NCBI RefSeq assembly: GCF_001194135.2
Contig: NC_068981.1
Span: forward strand, 119,214,750-119,278,749
Source: Octopus bimaculoides
Taxonomy: Eukaryota
Length of the DNA stretch: 64,000 bases
Direction: 5' to 3'
The position numbers and the translations under genes were made by a program. This document shows, piece after piece, positions 63,171 to 64,000 of the stretch (positions are counted from its first letter, which is position 1; every line of letters starts with the position of its first letter). The notes below the pieces were generated by a model that saw nothing but the letters and a program-made list of their open reading frames with translations, searched no databases and was not told the DNA's origin.

Positions 63171-64000
63171 CATACATCATCATCAATGTCATCATCATAA
63201 TTTAATGTCTGTTTTCCATGCTGGCATGGTCTGGATAGTTTGACAGGAGCTGGTAAAGCTGGGGGCTTCACCAGGCTCCATTATCTGTTTTGGCATGGTT
63301 TCTACTTTTACCATAATTATGAGATTTATAACCTAGATAATCAAGTAAGATTGGTATCGTTAAAAGGAAAAAATGAAGTTACAAATTGATCTAGATAGGT
63401 GGAATTTCATATATAGATTTATATAAATTATAATTTTATATGCTTTCATAAAGCTAGAAATATTTTTCTCCCTTTCCCAATCTATATCTCTTTCAACATC
63501 TCTCTCACTCATTATAATTTCTTACTTGATTTGCCAACAAATTTATGAATCATTTGGCTCTAACAAGCAGCATCTTAAAACTAAGTCCTTTTTTTTTTTA
63601 TCATGATGTATTACATATAAAGAAAAACCAAAGTCGATAAACTGGTTGATTAACTGGATACAATAAAAACCCTTTTGTTAACTGTCCTTCAACCATGATC
63701 AAAAAATGCAAAGCAGTTGTGTGCTTCAGATCAATGATGATACCTAAACAGCTGGTGCATTACAACATTAATGTCACCCTGCTAAAATGATTTTGTGTTG
63801 ACTTATTGATGAAGTGTTGTGCTGATATTTTTTTTCTATCTCTGTTATTTATAAATAAAGCCATAAAAGCTTATAGTCATTATTACTCCTTAGACAAAAA
63901 CATGTAACTCTGATTGCCACAGTCTGTCTGTCTGACAATAACTTTCACTCATATTTCATGCCTAAATGGTTTTCAGCAAGAGGATTACCTAACCATAGAA

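Noticed and set aside
58526-64000. Miro exon 5 (expected ANVICxVY-like)
   Set aside because: No matching acceptor plus peptide was found by eye; it is presumably beyond the right edge.

Overview
Eukaryotic, AT-rich, repeat-dense genomic DNA. The repeat families (RTE LINEs with (GAT)n tails, several tRNA-headed SINE families) suggest an octopod cephalopod; this is inference. Two host genes lie head-to-head, and the ORF track shows neither. (1) Plus strand: the 5' part of the mitochondrial Rho GTPase Miro (RHOT), coding exons 1-4 at 14935-14974, 53265-53323, 56573-56654 and 58482-58525. Spliced, they give [75 protein letters not shown], with a 38.3-kb first intron. (2) Minus strand: the first coding exon (567-702) of an aprataxin/PNKP-type FHA-domain DNA-repair gene that continues off the left edge. 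The rest is layered transposon debris: hAT, Tigger/pogo, mariner, piggyBac and its MITEs, a Chapaev-3-like element, two near-identical Helitrons, a Merlin-like MITE, Gypsy, RTE, CR1-like and Penelope fragments, and many SINEs. The most notable observations are a tRNA-headed SINE carrying a Penelope-type minimal hammerhead ribozyme, a cluster of NRF-1/ETS/YY1/DRE-like motifs upstream of Miro, a piggyBac flanked by TCAA instead of TTAA, a Merlin-like MITE with a perfect 8-bp TSD, and a bulky Leu at the Ras-G12-equivalent P-loop position of Miro. No CRISPR array, rRNA or genuine tRNA gene was found. Many repeat boundaries are approximate.
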